This document shows, one piece after another, positions 43,536 through 53,198 of a stretch of DNA of 64,000 nt. The DNA is from a virus, in IMG/VR virus record IMGVR_UViG_3300046804_000816, positions 1 through 64,000 of that record; one strand, given 5' to 3'. The stretch's first letter is position 1. Each line of letters begins with the position of its first letter. The notes under the pieces are model-generated. The model did not search any database. It was not told the origin of the DNA and worked only from the letters and a program-made list of their open reading frames with translations. Both the position numbers and the translations under genes were made by a program.

Positions 43536-44348
43536 ATGAGCTTCTATGAAAACTGTGGGAACGATAAGCATCTAAGTATTATCGCTGGTCCTTGTGTGTT
43601 TGAGTCTAAGGATCATGCAGTCGAGACTGCGACTGCTCTGAAAGAAATGTGTGACACATTAAAAGTCAACTTCATTTATAAGACCTCTTTCGATAAAGCG
43701 AATCGAAGCTCTGCGGATAGTTACAGAAGTGCGGGTTTCGACGAGGCGTTTTACGGAATGGAGGCCGTCCGTGCTCGTGGCATCGAGGTTATCACGGACG
43801 TTCACGATCCATGGCATTGTGAACAAGTGCAGGCTGACATTCTTCAGATCCCTGCGTTCCTTTGTCGTCAGACTGATCTCATTCGCGCAGCAGCAGAAAG
43901 CGGTAAGCCTGTAAACGTGAAGAAAGGTCAGTTCCTCTCGCCACAAGAGATGAAGAACGTAGCCGAGAAGCTAAAGAAGTTTGGCTGCACTCAGTATATG
44001 TTCACTGAACGTGGCACAACGTTTGGTTATAACAATCTCGTCGTTGATATGCGTTCATTAGAAATCATGAAGCAATACACAGACAACGTTGTTATGGATT
44101 GTACGCACGCAGTGCAGCTTCCTGGCGGCAACGGCACGAGTTCTGGCGGACAGCGTCAGTTCGTCACTACGATGGCTCGCGCTGCTGTTGCTGTTGGCGT
44201 TTCTGCATTATTCATGGAAGTTCATAACGATCCTGACAACGCGCCTAGCGATGGTCCGAATATGATTCGTCTTGACAACTTCGAGAAAGTATTATATGAT
44301 TTAGTAGAGTTGGATATTGTATCTAAACGGAGTTTGATTCGTGGGTAA
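43536..44348 (+). CDS. kdsA: 3-deoxy-D-manno-octulosonate 8-phosphate synthase
   Basis: IAGPC, SFDKANRSS, QIPAFLCRQTDL, KKGQF, ERG..FGYNNLVVDMR and SDG motifs. Confidence 0.95.
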   Translation: MSFYENCGNDKHLSIIAGPCVFESKDHAVETATALKEMCDTLKVNFIYKTSFDKANRSSADSYRSAGFDEAFYGMEAVRARGIEVITDVHDPWHCEQVQADILQIPAFLCRQTDLIRAAAESGKPVNVKKGQFLSPQEMKNVAEKLKKFGCTQYMFTERGTTFGYNNLVVDMRSLEIMKQYTDNVVMDCTHAVQLPGGNGTSSGGQRQFVTTMARAAVAVGVSALFMEVHNDPDNAPSDGPNMIRLDNFEKVLYDLVELDIVSKRSLIRG

Positions 44349-44820
44349 CATTACAGGAAAAGTCTGGGGTGATACGAGCGTTCTCATTCAGAACGCAGTC
44401 GTCGAACTTCACAAGATTAACGTCAACGCAGGATTTAAATGCTCGGAGCATAAACATGCACACAAGTGGAACGGATTCTACGTCATCAGCGGAGTGCTGG
44501 AAATCCATGTACGAAAGAATGATTACGCCCTCACTGACGTCACTGTTCTTAGAGCCGGTGATTTTACCACTGTGCGTCCTGGCGAGTATCATTGGTTCAA
44601 ATGTGTTGAAGATTGTGTCGCATTAGAACTCTATTACCCCGAGACACTCTCTGAAGATATTCAACGCCGCAGCGTTGGTGGAGCAGTAGAAACCGAGTCG
44701 CCCTGCGTAAAGATCTGTAAGTTGGATCCCGTAACAGGGCGCTGCATCGGATGTGATCGCACCATTGAAGATATCCAAGACTACGGTCTCAAGCATACAC
44801 CCGAAGGATACGATAAGTGA
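44341..44820 (+). CDS. cupin fused to a DUF1289-like Cys domain
   Basis: CSEHKHAHKWNGF and PGEYH cupin motifs; C-terminal SPCVKIC.LD...CIGC.RT..DI. Confidence 0.75.
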   Translation: MGNITGKVWGDTSVLIQNAVVELHKINVNAGFKCSEHKHAHKWNGFYVISGVLEIHVRKNDYALTDVTVLRAGDFTTVRPGEYHWFKCVEDCVALELYYPETLSEDIQRRSVGGAVETESPCVKICKLDPVTGRCIGCDRTIEDIQDYGLKHTPEGYDK

Positions 44821-45056
44821 CAGACACAACAGTCGCGAGCATTATGAGCTCAAACACATTTTGTTCTATGGTTGAACTGCGTATCAATGAAAAGGGTATG
44901 AGCTATCTGGAAGCAATTACTGACGTATGTGAAAAGACTGGGCTTGAGTTTGAGAACGTATCTAAGCTGATGACGCCTACGATGCGTAAGTTGCTTCAGT
45001 CAGAAGCTATGTCACTCAATCTACTCAAGCGCACTGGTTCACGATTGCCGATTTAA
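44817..45056 (+). CDS. gp33: late promoter transcription coactivator (gp33)
   Basis: SYLEAI...CE...KL..EA..LNLL...LPI; synteny with gp59 and gp32. Confidence 0.85.
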   Translation: MTDTTVASIMSSNTFCSMVELRINEKGMSYLEAITDVCEKTGLEFENVSKLMTPTMRKLLQSEAMSLNLLKRTGSRLPI

Positions 45057-45652
45057 TGGAAGGCATGAAAGCATACAGTCGCTACCAAGCACTGAAGCTG
45101 CACTTCACTAGCGACTACGACTTCATCAAATATGGCGGCAAGATTCGCAAGATCAGCGAAGAGTCGTTCCTCAAGCGCAAAGATCAATATCTCTTTCGCA
45201 AACTGGAACGCAAATACAATGACGAAGAACTTACCGACTTCTTCGTAGCTAACTTCGTTTCAAAGGCTGGCGTTCGTTGGGTCGGTGAGATGAATGGTCC
45301 TGAGTCTGAGAAGATATATTTGAATTGGCTGAAACGAATAGAAGCCTTTTCATATTATCTGAAGCAAGATTTGGAAACCATTCTAGATAATTGTAATAAT
45401 AGTGCAAGCCGAATTCTTCTTGTAGAATCAACTCATCCAGTTCTGCTGAAGATGTATATGTCAGGTAAGATCGCAGCCGAAACGATCATCGCATTTGATA
45501 TCGCCTTCGATATTCTTGACAAGTGGAACAAAGAGATCGACGACGTGATCGTATGGCCTGAGTTCTACAAGCAACTTACCAAGTATCGTCCCTTCATTAG
45601 GATTGATAAGGCGGCGATAAAAAAAGTTATGCGCGATGTATTTTCGTCTTGA
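45056..45652 (+). CDS. gp59: helicase loader (gp59)
   Basis: YQALKLHFT.DYDF.KY.GK, RKD.Y.F.KL and KY.PF motifs. Confidence 0.88.
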   Translation: MEGMKAYSRYQALKLHFTSDYDFIKYGGKIRKISEESFLKRKDQYLFRKLERKYNDEELTDFFVANFVSKAGVRWVGEMNGPESEKIYLNWLKRIEAFSYYLKQDLETILDNCNNSASRILLVESTHPVLLKMYMSGKIAAETIIAFDIAFDILDKWNKEIDDVIVWPEFYKQLTKYRPFIRIDKAAIKKVMRDVFSS

Positions 45653-45677
45653 CAACGCGCTATATAACATATATCAT
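45649..45677 (+). promoter_or_regulatory. sigma70-type promoter for gp32
   Basis: TTGACA-N17-TATCAT. Confidence 0.7.
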
Positions 45678-45725
45678 GAATAATGTGGATAAGACGTAAG
45701 ACACAAAACATACGGAGACATACAC

Positions 45726-46634
45726 ATGAACGAATCATTTTCTGCCCTCAAGCGCCAGCGTACTTCTTCGCTGGAGCGCCTCACCAAAGAAATCAATAAG
45801 CTGGCTAACAAGGAAACATCTTCTAACGAAGACGATCGTTTCTGGCAGCCTGAAGTTGATAAGGCTGGTAACGGTTACGCCGTTATTCGTTTCCTTCCTG
45901 CGCCTCAGAACGAGGAACTTCCGTGGGTTCGTATCTGGAATCATGGTTTCCAGGGTCCTGGTGGCTGGTACATCGAGAACTCGCTGACAACTCTTGGTCA
46001 GCAAGATCCCGTTTCCGAGATGAACTCCAAGCTGTGGAACTCTGGTAACGAGAAGGACAAGGAGATTGTCCGTCAGCGTAAGCGTCGTTTGACCTATATC
46101 GCTAACATCTACGTTGTCAAGGATCCAGCTCATCCCGAGAACGAAGGCAAGGTATTCCTCTACAAGTTCGGTAAGAAGATCTTCGACAAGATCAATGAGA
46201 AGATGAATCCTCAGTTCGAAGATGAGAAGCCAATGAATCCTTTCGATTTGTGGGCTGGTGCTAACTTCAAGCTGAAGATCCGCAAGGTTGAAGGATATCG
46301 CAACTACGACAAGAGCGAGTTCGAAGATTCTTCTCCGCTCTCTGACGATGATGCTGATATGGAAGCTATCTGGAAGACTGAGTATTCTCTCGCAGAACTC
46401 GTTGCTCCCGATAAGTTCAAGAGCTACGACGAACTGAAGAAGCGTCTGGATAAGGTTCTTGCTGAACCTACCTCTCGCAAGAGTGAGGAAGACGATATCC
46501 CTTTTGATCGTCCCGTTTCCCGTCCCGCTGCTGCGCCTGCAGTTGGCAAAGCGGCTTCTGCACCGAAGAAACCTACCGTCGATGAAGACGACGATCTGGA
46601 GTTCTTCAAAAAGCTCGCTGAGGATGACGACTAA
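45726..46634 (+). CDS. gp32: single-stranded DNA-binding protein (gp32)
   Basis: DKAGNGYAVIRFLP, WYIENS.TT, GKKIFDKI, NYDKSEF and acidic tail. Confidence 0.96.
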   Translation: MNESFSALKRQRTSSLERLTKEINKLANKETSSNEDDRFWQPEVDKAGNGYAVIRFLPAPQNEELPWVRIWNHGFQGPGGWYIENSLTTLGQQDPVSEMNSKLWNSGNEKDKEIVRQRKRRLTYIANIYVVKDPAHPENEGKVFLYKFGKKIFDKINEKMNPQFEDEKPMNPFDLWAGANFKLKIRKVEGYRNYDKSEFEDSSPLSDDDADMEAIWKTEYSLAELVAPDKFKSYDELKKRLDKVLAEPTSRKSEEDDIPFDRPVSRPAAAPAVGKAASAPKKPTVDEDDDLEFFKKLAEDDD

Positions 46635-46669
46635 TCGTAGGACTTATTCCTTTCACCTACGATTCAACT

Positions 46670-46695
46670 GGAGGAGCTTCGGCTCCTCCTTTTTT
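46670..46695 (+). terminator. intrinsic terminator between convergent genes
   Basis: GGAGGAGC-TTCG-GCTCCTCC followed by T6. Confidence 0.9.
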
Positions 46696-48721
46696 ATTGA
46701 TAATGAACGTTCTGTCTAGCGATGAATGGTTGCAACGCAGGATTAGAAACTTCCATAGGCAAGTTCTGTCCAGACACATTATTTGTTTCGCCACCAGAAG
46801 AAGAACCGACGTTCGTAGTCGATGAGTTATTCATTACGACTGGCTCAAGCGGTCTTACAGAACCGCTCATGCGCATTTCTTCACCTCTCCTAAGGGCGTC
46901 TACGTCTTGCTGTCTATCAAACTGTTCCATTCTACCGCGAAGCAGTTCTGGACGAGTGCGTTCCGCAGCTTTTATTCCCGCTTCAGGTGAGTATTGTTTA
47001 TCTGTCAGTGGATTGTAATAGATGGGGACTTGTGTCTTTTGACCACCGATATCCCTGTCAATATAATATGTTTTGTTTGCTTCGCTGTAATCTTCGCCAC
47101 CTGCACCAGTTGATATCTTAGCGAATCCTGCTTTATCTTCTCTAGTAGCCTGACCCAATACTTGTCCGCGCGCACGAGCTCTTAGTGCGCTTGTTCCAGT
47201 CCCTTTTAGCTTTTCACCTGTAACTGGATTATATGATAGTGCTTCATTCGTTTGTTGCTCCGAACTACCAAACGGTCTAGCGCCGTCACCTTCTCCTGGC
47301 ATTGGAATCGCATCGCGTATTCTTCTTCTTGGCGCGCCAGGAGGAGCTGCAGGTTTAGCAGTTCCTCCACCAGAATTCCTTTCGGCCATACCTTCTTGAT
47401 GCGCAGTGATAGCTAGTTTACCGTGAAGCGGATCTGCTGCTATTTCTGGAGGAAGAGCAATACCTTTTCTTCCCATCTCTTTGTACTGAGCAGCTTTTGC
47501 AGCAATCTCGGGATCAACACTTGACGGTGTAGCCGCAGGAGCTCCTTCTGGCGCGCCGCTAGTTTGCGGTGGAGTAACAGCTTTATTTCCTGCAATTTTT
47601 CTATCTATGTCTCTTTGCTCATTAGCTAAAACAGGATCCTTATTGTTTTCGTTTAGAGACTGATCCCAGTTTTTTCCCGCCGCGGTAGGAGCCGTCGGAG
47701 GCGAAGTTGGTGCGGTTGATGCTCCTGGAGCTGCAGGAGTAGAAGGAGCTCCTCCTCCAGCAGGTTTTTGTGCGCCGCTTACTTCTTCACCAGTTTTGAA
47801 ATTGAACGTTTTACCTTCGTCTGGATGTCCTGGTTTAATAATTCGTATTAAATCAGAACCCTTTCCGCCGGGTTGTTGTATCTCGCTTCCTTTAGGCGCA
47901 GGACCCAATCCTTTACTCGTAAGGAACTCGGTTATACTATTCTGACGTTGTTCTCTCTGAGGACCAGACTTAGCTGCCATAGCAGCCGCAGCTTGTTCAG
48001 TCGGTTGTGTTACTTCTTGCTTATACTGTTCTGACTCGTATAACTCTTTTAGCTTCTTATCAAGACCAAAGTAAGAATACAACTTATCAGCGATACCAGC
48101 AGAACCAAAGATAGCTGTAGCCAAAGCAAGCATGCTACCGCCAGCTGCAGCAAGGAATGCGCCGCCTAGACTTGATGCAAAGAATGTAGCTAGTGATCCT
48201 AAAGCACTCGCACCCATTTGACTTAGGAAACCACCGAGCGCAGAAATAGCCTTTGCTCCACCTAACATAGATGTTACAACATCAGTAATTGTTTTGGTTA
48301 TATCTGTTGCTGATCCTGGTGCTGTAGTTGGCGTGCCAGCTTTTATTTCTGGAGTGACAGGAGCAACTGGCATAGGAGCTCCTTCAATAATCGTGTCTCC
48401 ACCTAAAGCCAAACCAGAAAGATTCACACGACTAGCTGCTATCTCAGAATTAAGTCCTCTAAAATCTTTAACAATAGTTTTTCCAAGATCTCTGAGAGAC
48501 TTTATAGTTTTGTTTATTCCAATTACAGTTTTTTTAGCTGTTTCATTGATACGAGCAAGTTGAGTAGTAAGATCGCTCAACATAATAACAAGACCACCAA
48601 AGTCCGATTCCTCAAACATTGTTGAGGATTTTTTTTCAACTCTTTCGTTCTGAGCTTTTGGTTCAGGCTTCGGACGCTCTGTTGCTTCTACTCTACCTGT
48701 AGCTAATTGTGCAATAGCCAT
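46694..48721 (-). CDS. tail/baseplate hub or tape-measure-like protein
   Basis: Coiled coil, Gly/Ala hydrophobic segment, Pro/Ala linkers and PVVMNNS C-terminus; located in the hub locus. Confidence 0.55.
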   Translation of the reverse strand: MAIAQLATGRVEATERPKPEPKAQNERVEKKSSTMFEESDFGGLVIMLSDLTTQLARINETAKKTVIGINKTIKSLRDLGKTIVKDFRGLNSEIAASRVNLSGLALGGDTIIEGAPMPVAPVTPEIKAGTPTTAPGSATDITKTITDVVTSMLGGAKAISALGGFLSQMGASALGSLATFFASSLGGAFLAAAGGSMLALATAIFGSAGIADKLYSYFGLDKKLKELYESEQYKQEVTQPTEQAAAAMAAKSGPQREQRQNSITEFLTSKGLGPAPKGSEIQQPGGKGSDLIRIIKPGHPDEGKTFNFKTGEEVSGAQKPAGGGAPSTPAAPGASTAPTSPPTAPTAAGKNWDQSLNENNKDPVLANEQRDIDRKIAGNKAVTPPQTSGAPEGAPAATPSSVDPEIAAKAAQYKEMGRKGIALPPEIAADPLHGKLAITAHQEGMAERNSGGGTAKPAAPPGAPRRRIRDAIPMPGEGDGARPFGSSEQQTNEALSYNPVTGEKLKGTGTSALRARARGQVLGQATREDKAGFAKISTGAGGEDYSEANKTYYIDRDIGGQKTQVPIYYNPLTDKQYSPEAGIKAAERTRPELLRGRMEQFDRQQDVDALRRGEEMRMSGSVRPLEPVVMNNSSTTNVGSSSGGETNNVSGQNLPMEVSNPALQPFIARQNVHYQ

Positions 48722-51612
48722 TAGAATATCCTCAGAGCTCTAGCTATTCCAAATCCAGCTGCTGCTCCCGCAATAACAAGGGGATTGACGTCTTCCATAC
48801 GTCCGCGCGAAGGAACGTAAGAAGGCTGTTGGAATACTGTTCTTGTGTTGTTAATCATTCTTGTATTGTTCATTATGATAGGTTGTTGCATTCCCATCAT
48901 AGCACTAAAGAAGTCTTGCATCGCGTTCTGTTGCGACATAGCAGCCATCTGTTGTTGCGGCATCATAGACTGTTGTGGTCCAGGACGCATAGCAGGCGGA
49001 GGAGCGGCTCTTGGTGGTGCTGCTGCTTGTTGTTGTGGATTTGGTCCACCTGTAGGAGCTGGAGCAGAACTTCTTTGCGGTCCGCCAGCAACTTGTGTTC
49101 CAGAATCAGCGTCGAATGGTTCTCCACCAATTTTCATAACGTGTGGTGGATCGAATGATGCGTGTGGTCTGTTCAATCCGTACTTCTTAAGATACGGATC
49201 CATCGCTTCTGCAGGACTTACATCGAGCGCTCGTCCCTGCGAGTGAGCTGATCCCTTTCCGCCACCAGGAGCAGTATATTGTTTACCCTGATATGTAATT
49301 GTTGTAGTTTCTCTAGGTTTAGCGGGCGAATAGATTCCAGGCTCTCCTAGAATATTTGCGCGAACCCAAAGTTGTGCTTGATATTCGTCACCACGATATG
49401 CGGAGTTGATACGAACAGGTCCACCATATTCTGTTGCAGCTTTGTAAAAGCGTTGCAGAAGATCTGGATCAACTCTTGACAAATCTACGTTAGGACCAAG
49501 AGATACGTTGGAAGGAGGAGATCCCGCAACGTTTTCTTGTCCGCCTGGTCCAGCGAGAGAACCGACTCCTCCTGTTCCTGCAGCAGGACCTGATGGCGCT
49601 GGAGTCGGAGCACCAGCTGCTGGTCCTTGCGTTTGTGGAAGAGTTGGAGTTGGTGTTCCTGGAGGAACTGCTTCTGCGCTTGGAGCCGCGGTCGCTGCAC
49701 CTGGAGGAGCTAGCTCGCCTGGAGTTACACCTTGTTGTGCTGCGTAGGCCGCACCAAGTCTTGTAATACTTGCAACACCGCCTCTATCTCTTACTGCGTA
49801 CCAAGGACCTCTTTCCAATCCAGCAGGTCCGCGGCGTTTCATAAGCTCCAGAGAGAAATCAACTTGTTTTTGCCAATTAGATGCAGATGGCGGCTCGCCG
49901 TATTTCTGCATGAACTCTGCAGCCATACCGCCAGGAGCAATTCTAGTTGGATCTGGAGAAGCGGAATATAGCTGATAAGGACCAAACGAATAACCCTTCG
50001 CGTCCTTATTACCAAATGTCGGTGATCCAATTGTGTTTGCGTTCAGTCCTTCGTAAGCAGCAATACCGAGCGCAAGATTAGGATCTACGCCCATAGCTTG
50101 TGCTTTGCTTACGATATACTGCGCTATATCTTTTACGGTGGGTGGAGCACCTGGAACTGGTGGAAGCGGCGCAACACCAGGAGCTGCTGTAGGTGCACCA
50201 GCCGGCGCTCCTTGCGTTTGTGGAAGAGTTGGAGGCGCGCCACCTGCTACGCCTGCTGGAGCAGCACCCGCGCCAGCAGCTGCCATTGCAGTTGTTCCTG
50301 GCGTTTCTGGAGCACCAGGAAGCGGAGCAACACCACTGCGATCAATTCGTACTGAACCGCCTTCTTGCGATGCCATAGAAAAGTGCATGGTGTCTTTTGA
50401 CGAAGTCCAATCTCCACCCCATCCAAGACCATACTTACGAGCCATCGCAGATACGTTCGATGGCATATCTGTAACTGTTCTTCCGTCGAACAGATGGGGA
50501 TTTGAGCTTGGATTGATATCAATCGAAACGCCTAAAGCATGGAAACTCTTTTGACCAGTTCCTGCGATGTTACGATTAGCATATCCACCAATGCTTTTGA
50601 TTTGATAACCGCTGTTTTCTAGCTCGTCAACAAATCCTTTGAAATTGTTTGCATATTGTTCTGCAACAACATATTGTCTTTTTGAAATAGGAGTTGTCAA
50701 GGTCACCATTCCTGGTGTGCTTGATGGTTGTGCTCCTGCGGATGGTTGTGTTCCTGTTGGTCCTGGTGCTGTTGGTCCGCCGCCTGGAGGAGCTGATGGT
50801 GCTCCACCCATAGTCGTAGCTGCTATGACTGCTCCAGCCCCAATCGCTGCTCCGCCAGCGATCGCAGCAGCACCCATAGCAACATTTCTTCTAGCTCTGA
50901 TTGCTCCTATTCTACCAGCACGCGCTTGAACTTCTGCAGGACGCGATGTTCTAAACGAAGTTGCTTTAGCAACTCTAGTTTGCGTTTCTGCAGCTTTTGC
51001 AACTTTAGAACCAGAAACTGCAGGAACAGCTGATGGTTTTCTAGGACGAGATACAGCGCCACCGGCTTTCGTAGGACCCTTTACGCCAGTCAGCTGTTCA
51101 ATAACAGCATCGCGGAATTCTTCATTCTTTCTTATAAGATTGCGAATCGTGTTCTGATTCTGTTCATATAAAGTATTGGCTATAGATGTCAGCTGATCTG
51201 TTACAGCAGGCATTCTGTTATAAATCAGCTCAGAAGTATCGGCAACTCTTTTTGCGCTGACGATCGTCTTCTGCAAAGAATTTTCAAATTCTTTATTTTT
51301 CTGTACGCCAACTTTCGTAGGAGCTTTTGGCATACCAGTCTTCACGTCGGCATTACTATGAAACGCTTCTTGTAGACGATCGCTTACAGGTTTTCCTGTA
51401 TCATCTACTATAGTACCGTCAGTCTTTTTGAAGTAGGTCGACTTACCAATTTTACCAACAAGATCGCCAAGAGCTCTTTTTCTCTTGACTTTAGCTTCTA
51501 CAGGCGCAGAGTCTAGAGAGGACAGAACATCAGCTGCGTCCTTCTTAGCTTTGTCGCTTCCCTTTTCTAGAATAGCGCGGAGAATGTCTTCTCCGCTTTC
51601 TTTCTCTGCCAT
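48721..51612 (-). CDS. tail-associated muralytic protein (two M15-type peptidase domains and a lysozyme-like domain)
   Basis: SFHALGVSIDIN...WGGDW..KDTMHF; AYEG...SFGPYQL; INSAYR...SAHSQGRALD...DPPH. Confidence 0.75.
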   Translation of the reverse strand: MAEKESGEDILRAILEKGSDKAKKDAADVLSSLDSAPVEAKVKRKRALGDLVGKIGKSTYFKKTDGTIVDDTGKPVSDRLQEAFHSNADVKTGMPKAPTKVGVQKNKEFENSLQKTIVSAKRVADTSELIYNRMPAVTDQLTSIANTLYEQNQNTIRNLIRKNEEFRDAVIEQLTGVKGPTKAGGAVSRPRKPSAVPAVSGSKVAKAAETQTRVAKATSFRTSRPAEVQARAGRIGAIRARRNVAMGAAAIAGGAAIGAGAVIAATTMGGAPSAPPGGGPTAPGPTGTQPSAGAQPSSTPGMVTLTTPISKRQYVVAEQYANNFKGFVDELENSGYQIKSIGGYANRNIAGTGQKSFHALGVSIDINPSSNPHLFDGRTVTDMPSNVSAMARKYGLGWGGDWTSSKDTMHFSMASQEGGSVRIDRSGVAPLPGAPETPGTTAMAAAGAGAAPAGVAGGAPPTLPQTQGAPAGAPTAAPGVAPLPPVPGAPPTVKDIAQYIVSKAQAMGVDPNLALGIAAYEGLNANTIGSPTFGNKDAKGYSFGPYQLYSASPDPTRIAPGGMAAEFMQKYGEPPSASNWQKQVDFSLELMKRRGPAGLERGPWYAVRDRGGVASITRLGAAYAAQQGVTPGELAPPGAATAAPSAEAVPPGTPTPTLPQTQGPAAGAPTPAPSGPAAGTGGVGSLAGPGGQENVAGSPPSNVSLGPNVDLSRVDPDLLQRFYKAATEYGGPVRINSAYRGDEYQAQLWVRANILGEPGIYSPAKPRETTTITYQGKQYTAPGGGKGSAHSQGRALDVSPAEAMDPYLKKYGLNRPHASFDPPHVMKIGGEPFDADSGTQVAGGPQRSSAPAPTGGPNPQQQAAAPPRAAPPPAMRPGPQQSMMPQQQMAAMSQQNAMQDFFSAMMGMQQPIIMNNTRMINNTRTVFQQPSYVPSRGRMEDVNPLVIAGAAAGFGIARALRIF

Positions 51613-51774
51613 TTATCGCCTTGCTTTTTCTTGTTCTTCTTTTAGTCTTTCTAGATACTCAACAAGCATTTTGACGTAGATATCCCTCTCCCACGGAATC
51701 ATCCCATCTATGTCACTCAGCGAGTATTTGTGATACTGCATTAACGAAAAGTTGGTCTGATAATAATTTGCCAA
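51613..51774 (-). CDS. baseplate hub assembly protein (gp51-like small ORF; not in ORF track)
   Basis: LANYYQTNFSLMQYHKYSLSDIDGMIPWERDIYV...; TTG start only, frame open back to 51804. Confidence 0.75.
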   Translation of the reverse strand: MANYYQTNFSLMQYHKYSLSDIDGMIPWERDIYVKMLVEYLERLKEEQEKARR

Positions 51775-51794
51775 CGTATTATGAGAGAGGACTA

Positions 51795-52499
51795 TTAAAA
51801 AAAATCAGACATTCCTTCCAGCGTTACAGTATCTTCTTGTCCGCAACCTTTGCATTTATATGTAAATGTGTGTCGCAGTTTTGGCATAGTATTGATAAAC
51901 TGCATGATCTTAGAAAACTGAGAATTATTCAGCGACTCTAAGAACTGTACTGCATCCTGTAGATTATCAGGTTCGTACACATTCTCCTCGTCGTAAACAC
52001 TGATAATGCACTTAGCCAACATCTCAAGTTCGTCGCGTCCTTCCGAAATCAACTTGACGTCGTTGATACTTGGATAACGCATCTCAACACCAAGTTTGTC
52101 GTCGATCTGAATCTTGTTAGTGTGACCGTCAGTCTTTTCAACTTTTACTGTTTCTAGATTAACTTCAATCGGAGTAACAACTTCGCAAGCTTCTCCCTTA
52201 TAGTTTACTCCCCCAGAATGTCTATACTCTAACTTGATAATTTCGCCAACAGACTTTGCTCGAATATTGAGAAACACATATTCCAGATCAAAATACGGAA
52301 GTTTGTTTACATCAATGTCTTCGCAGCAAGCTCCGATAACTTCTTTGACTGCATCAATCATAGACAACGAGTCTTCAGACTGAGCAGCCATAAGCAATGC
52401 TTTTTCTTCTTTCACCAAGAATGGTCTAAACGAAATTCGTTTTCCAGACGAAGGTAGTTCTAAGCCAAATCGCGGTGTTGCAATCTTTGGTAATGCCAT
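51795..52499 (-). CDS. gp26: baseplate hub subunit/assembly chaperone (gp26-like)
   Basis: MALPK..P, RPFLVKEEK.LL, DLEY.FL.IRAKSVGE and C..C...LEG..DFF motifs. Confidence 0.88.
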   Translation of the reverse strand: MALPKIATPRFGLELPSSGKRISFRPFLVKEEKALLMAAQSEDSLSMIDAVKEVIGACCEDIDVNKLPYFDLEYVFLNIRAKSVGEIIKLEYRHSGGVNYKGEACEVVTPIEVNLETVKVEKTDGHTNKIQIDDKLGVEMRYPSINDVKLISEGRDELEMLAKCIISVYDEENVYEPDNLQDAVQFLESLNNSQFSKIMQFINTMPKLRHTFTYKCKGCGQEDTVTLEGMSDFF

Positions 52500-52509
52500 A
52501 AATCACCCC

Positions 52510-53196
52510 TCACATACGTGTTCTATTAGTTCTATCCCTATCAAAGAAACTACGATTAGGAAATGTATTATTGAGTTCTTTGCTGTGATGATATCTTATT
52601 TCTACTTGCAGTTTTCCATAGCCCTCATCACCCCAGGCTAATTGAATATCATTTACAGAAATAGGATATGCCTCTTCTAGGATAATTTCTGTATGTGCTT
52701 TGTAACCTTCTCCAGAAGAACCGCTTGTCCCAGAAGCGTTCTTTACTGGATAAGAATACTGCACGATCTTTACAGTTCCAATTCCGTCCTGATAATACTT
52801 CGTATCAAATGGTCCACGCACAACAGAACGATCATAGTTCGTGCGATAGTGTCCTACGAAGAAATCTTGCCAACGCATAAAGATCTCGCGCTCGCGCATG
52901 TCTTTTGACAAGATAACTGTCATAGTCACAGGCTGTTGCTGGAAACGATACGGAATCGCGCGCACAGGACCATGATACTGTTGATCAAGCGTCGTCAACG
53001 TTCTACCTGGCATATTCAAAGACTCGATACGAAAACGCATACCCTGATCTAAGCCAAACGAAGTTAGAATGTTAGATACAGCTCCAGTTCTGCTATACGA
53101 TCCAGGTCCACCGAGAATAAGTCCTTCAAAGTGAGACGTGTATGCTATACCAGATTTTGTAATGTTAGACGAAAAGTCTTCTACGTTGAATGGCAT
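52510..53196 (-). CDS. tail tube-like protein / tail tube initiator (gp54/gp19 fold)
   Basis: ESLNMPGR.L.T, ER..F..WQ and EAYPISV motifs. Confidence 0.7.
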   Translation of the reverse strand: MPFNVEDFSSNITKSGIAYTSHFEGLILGGPGSYSRTGAVSNILTSFGLDQGMRFRIESLNMPGRTLTTLDQQYHGPVRAIPYRFQQQPVTMTVILSKDMREREIFMRWQDFFVGHYRTNYDRSVVRGPFDTKYYQDGIGTVKIVQYSYPVKNASGTSGSSGEGYKAHTEIILEEAYPISVNDIQLAWGDEGYGKLQVEIRYHHSKELNNTFPNRSFFDRDRTNRTRM

Positions 53197-53198
53197 TG

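Noticed and set aside
46085-46122. Minus-strand CCTTGACAA inside gp32 as another antisense promoter
   Set aside because: No acceptable -10 at 16-18 nt spacing.
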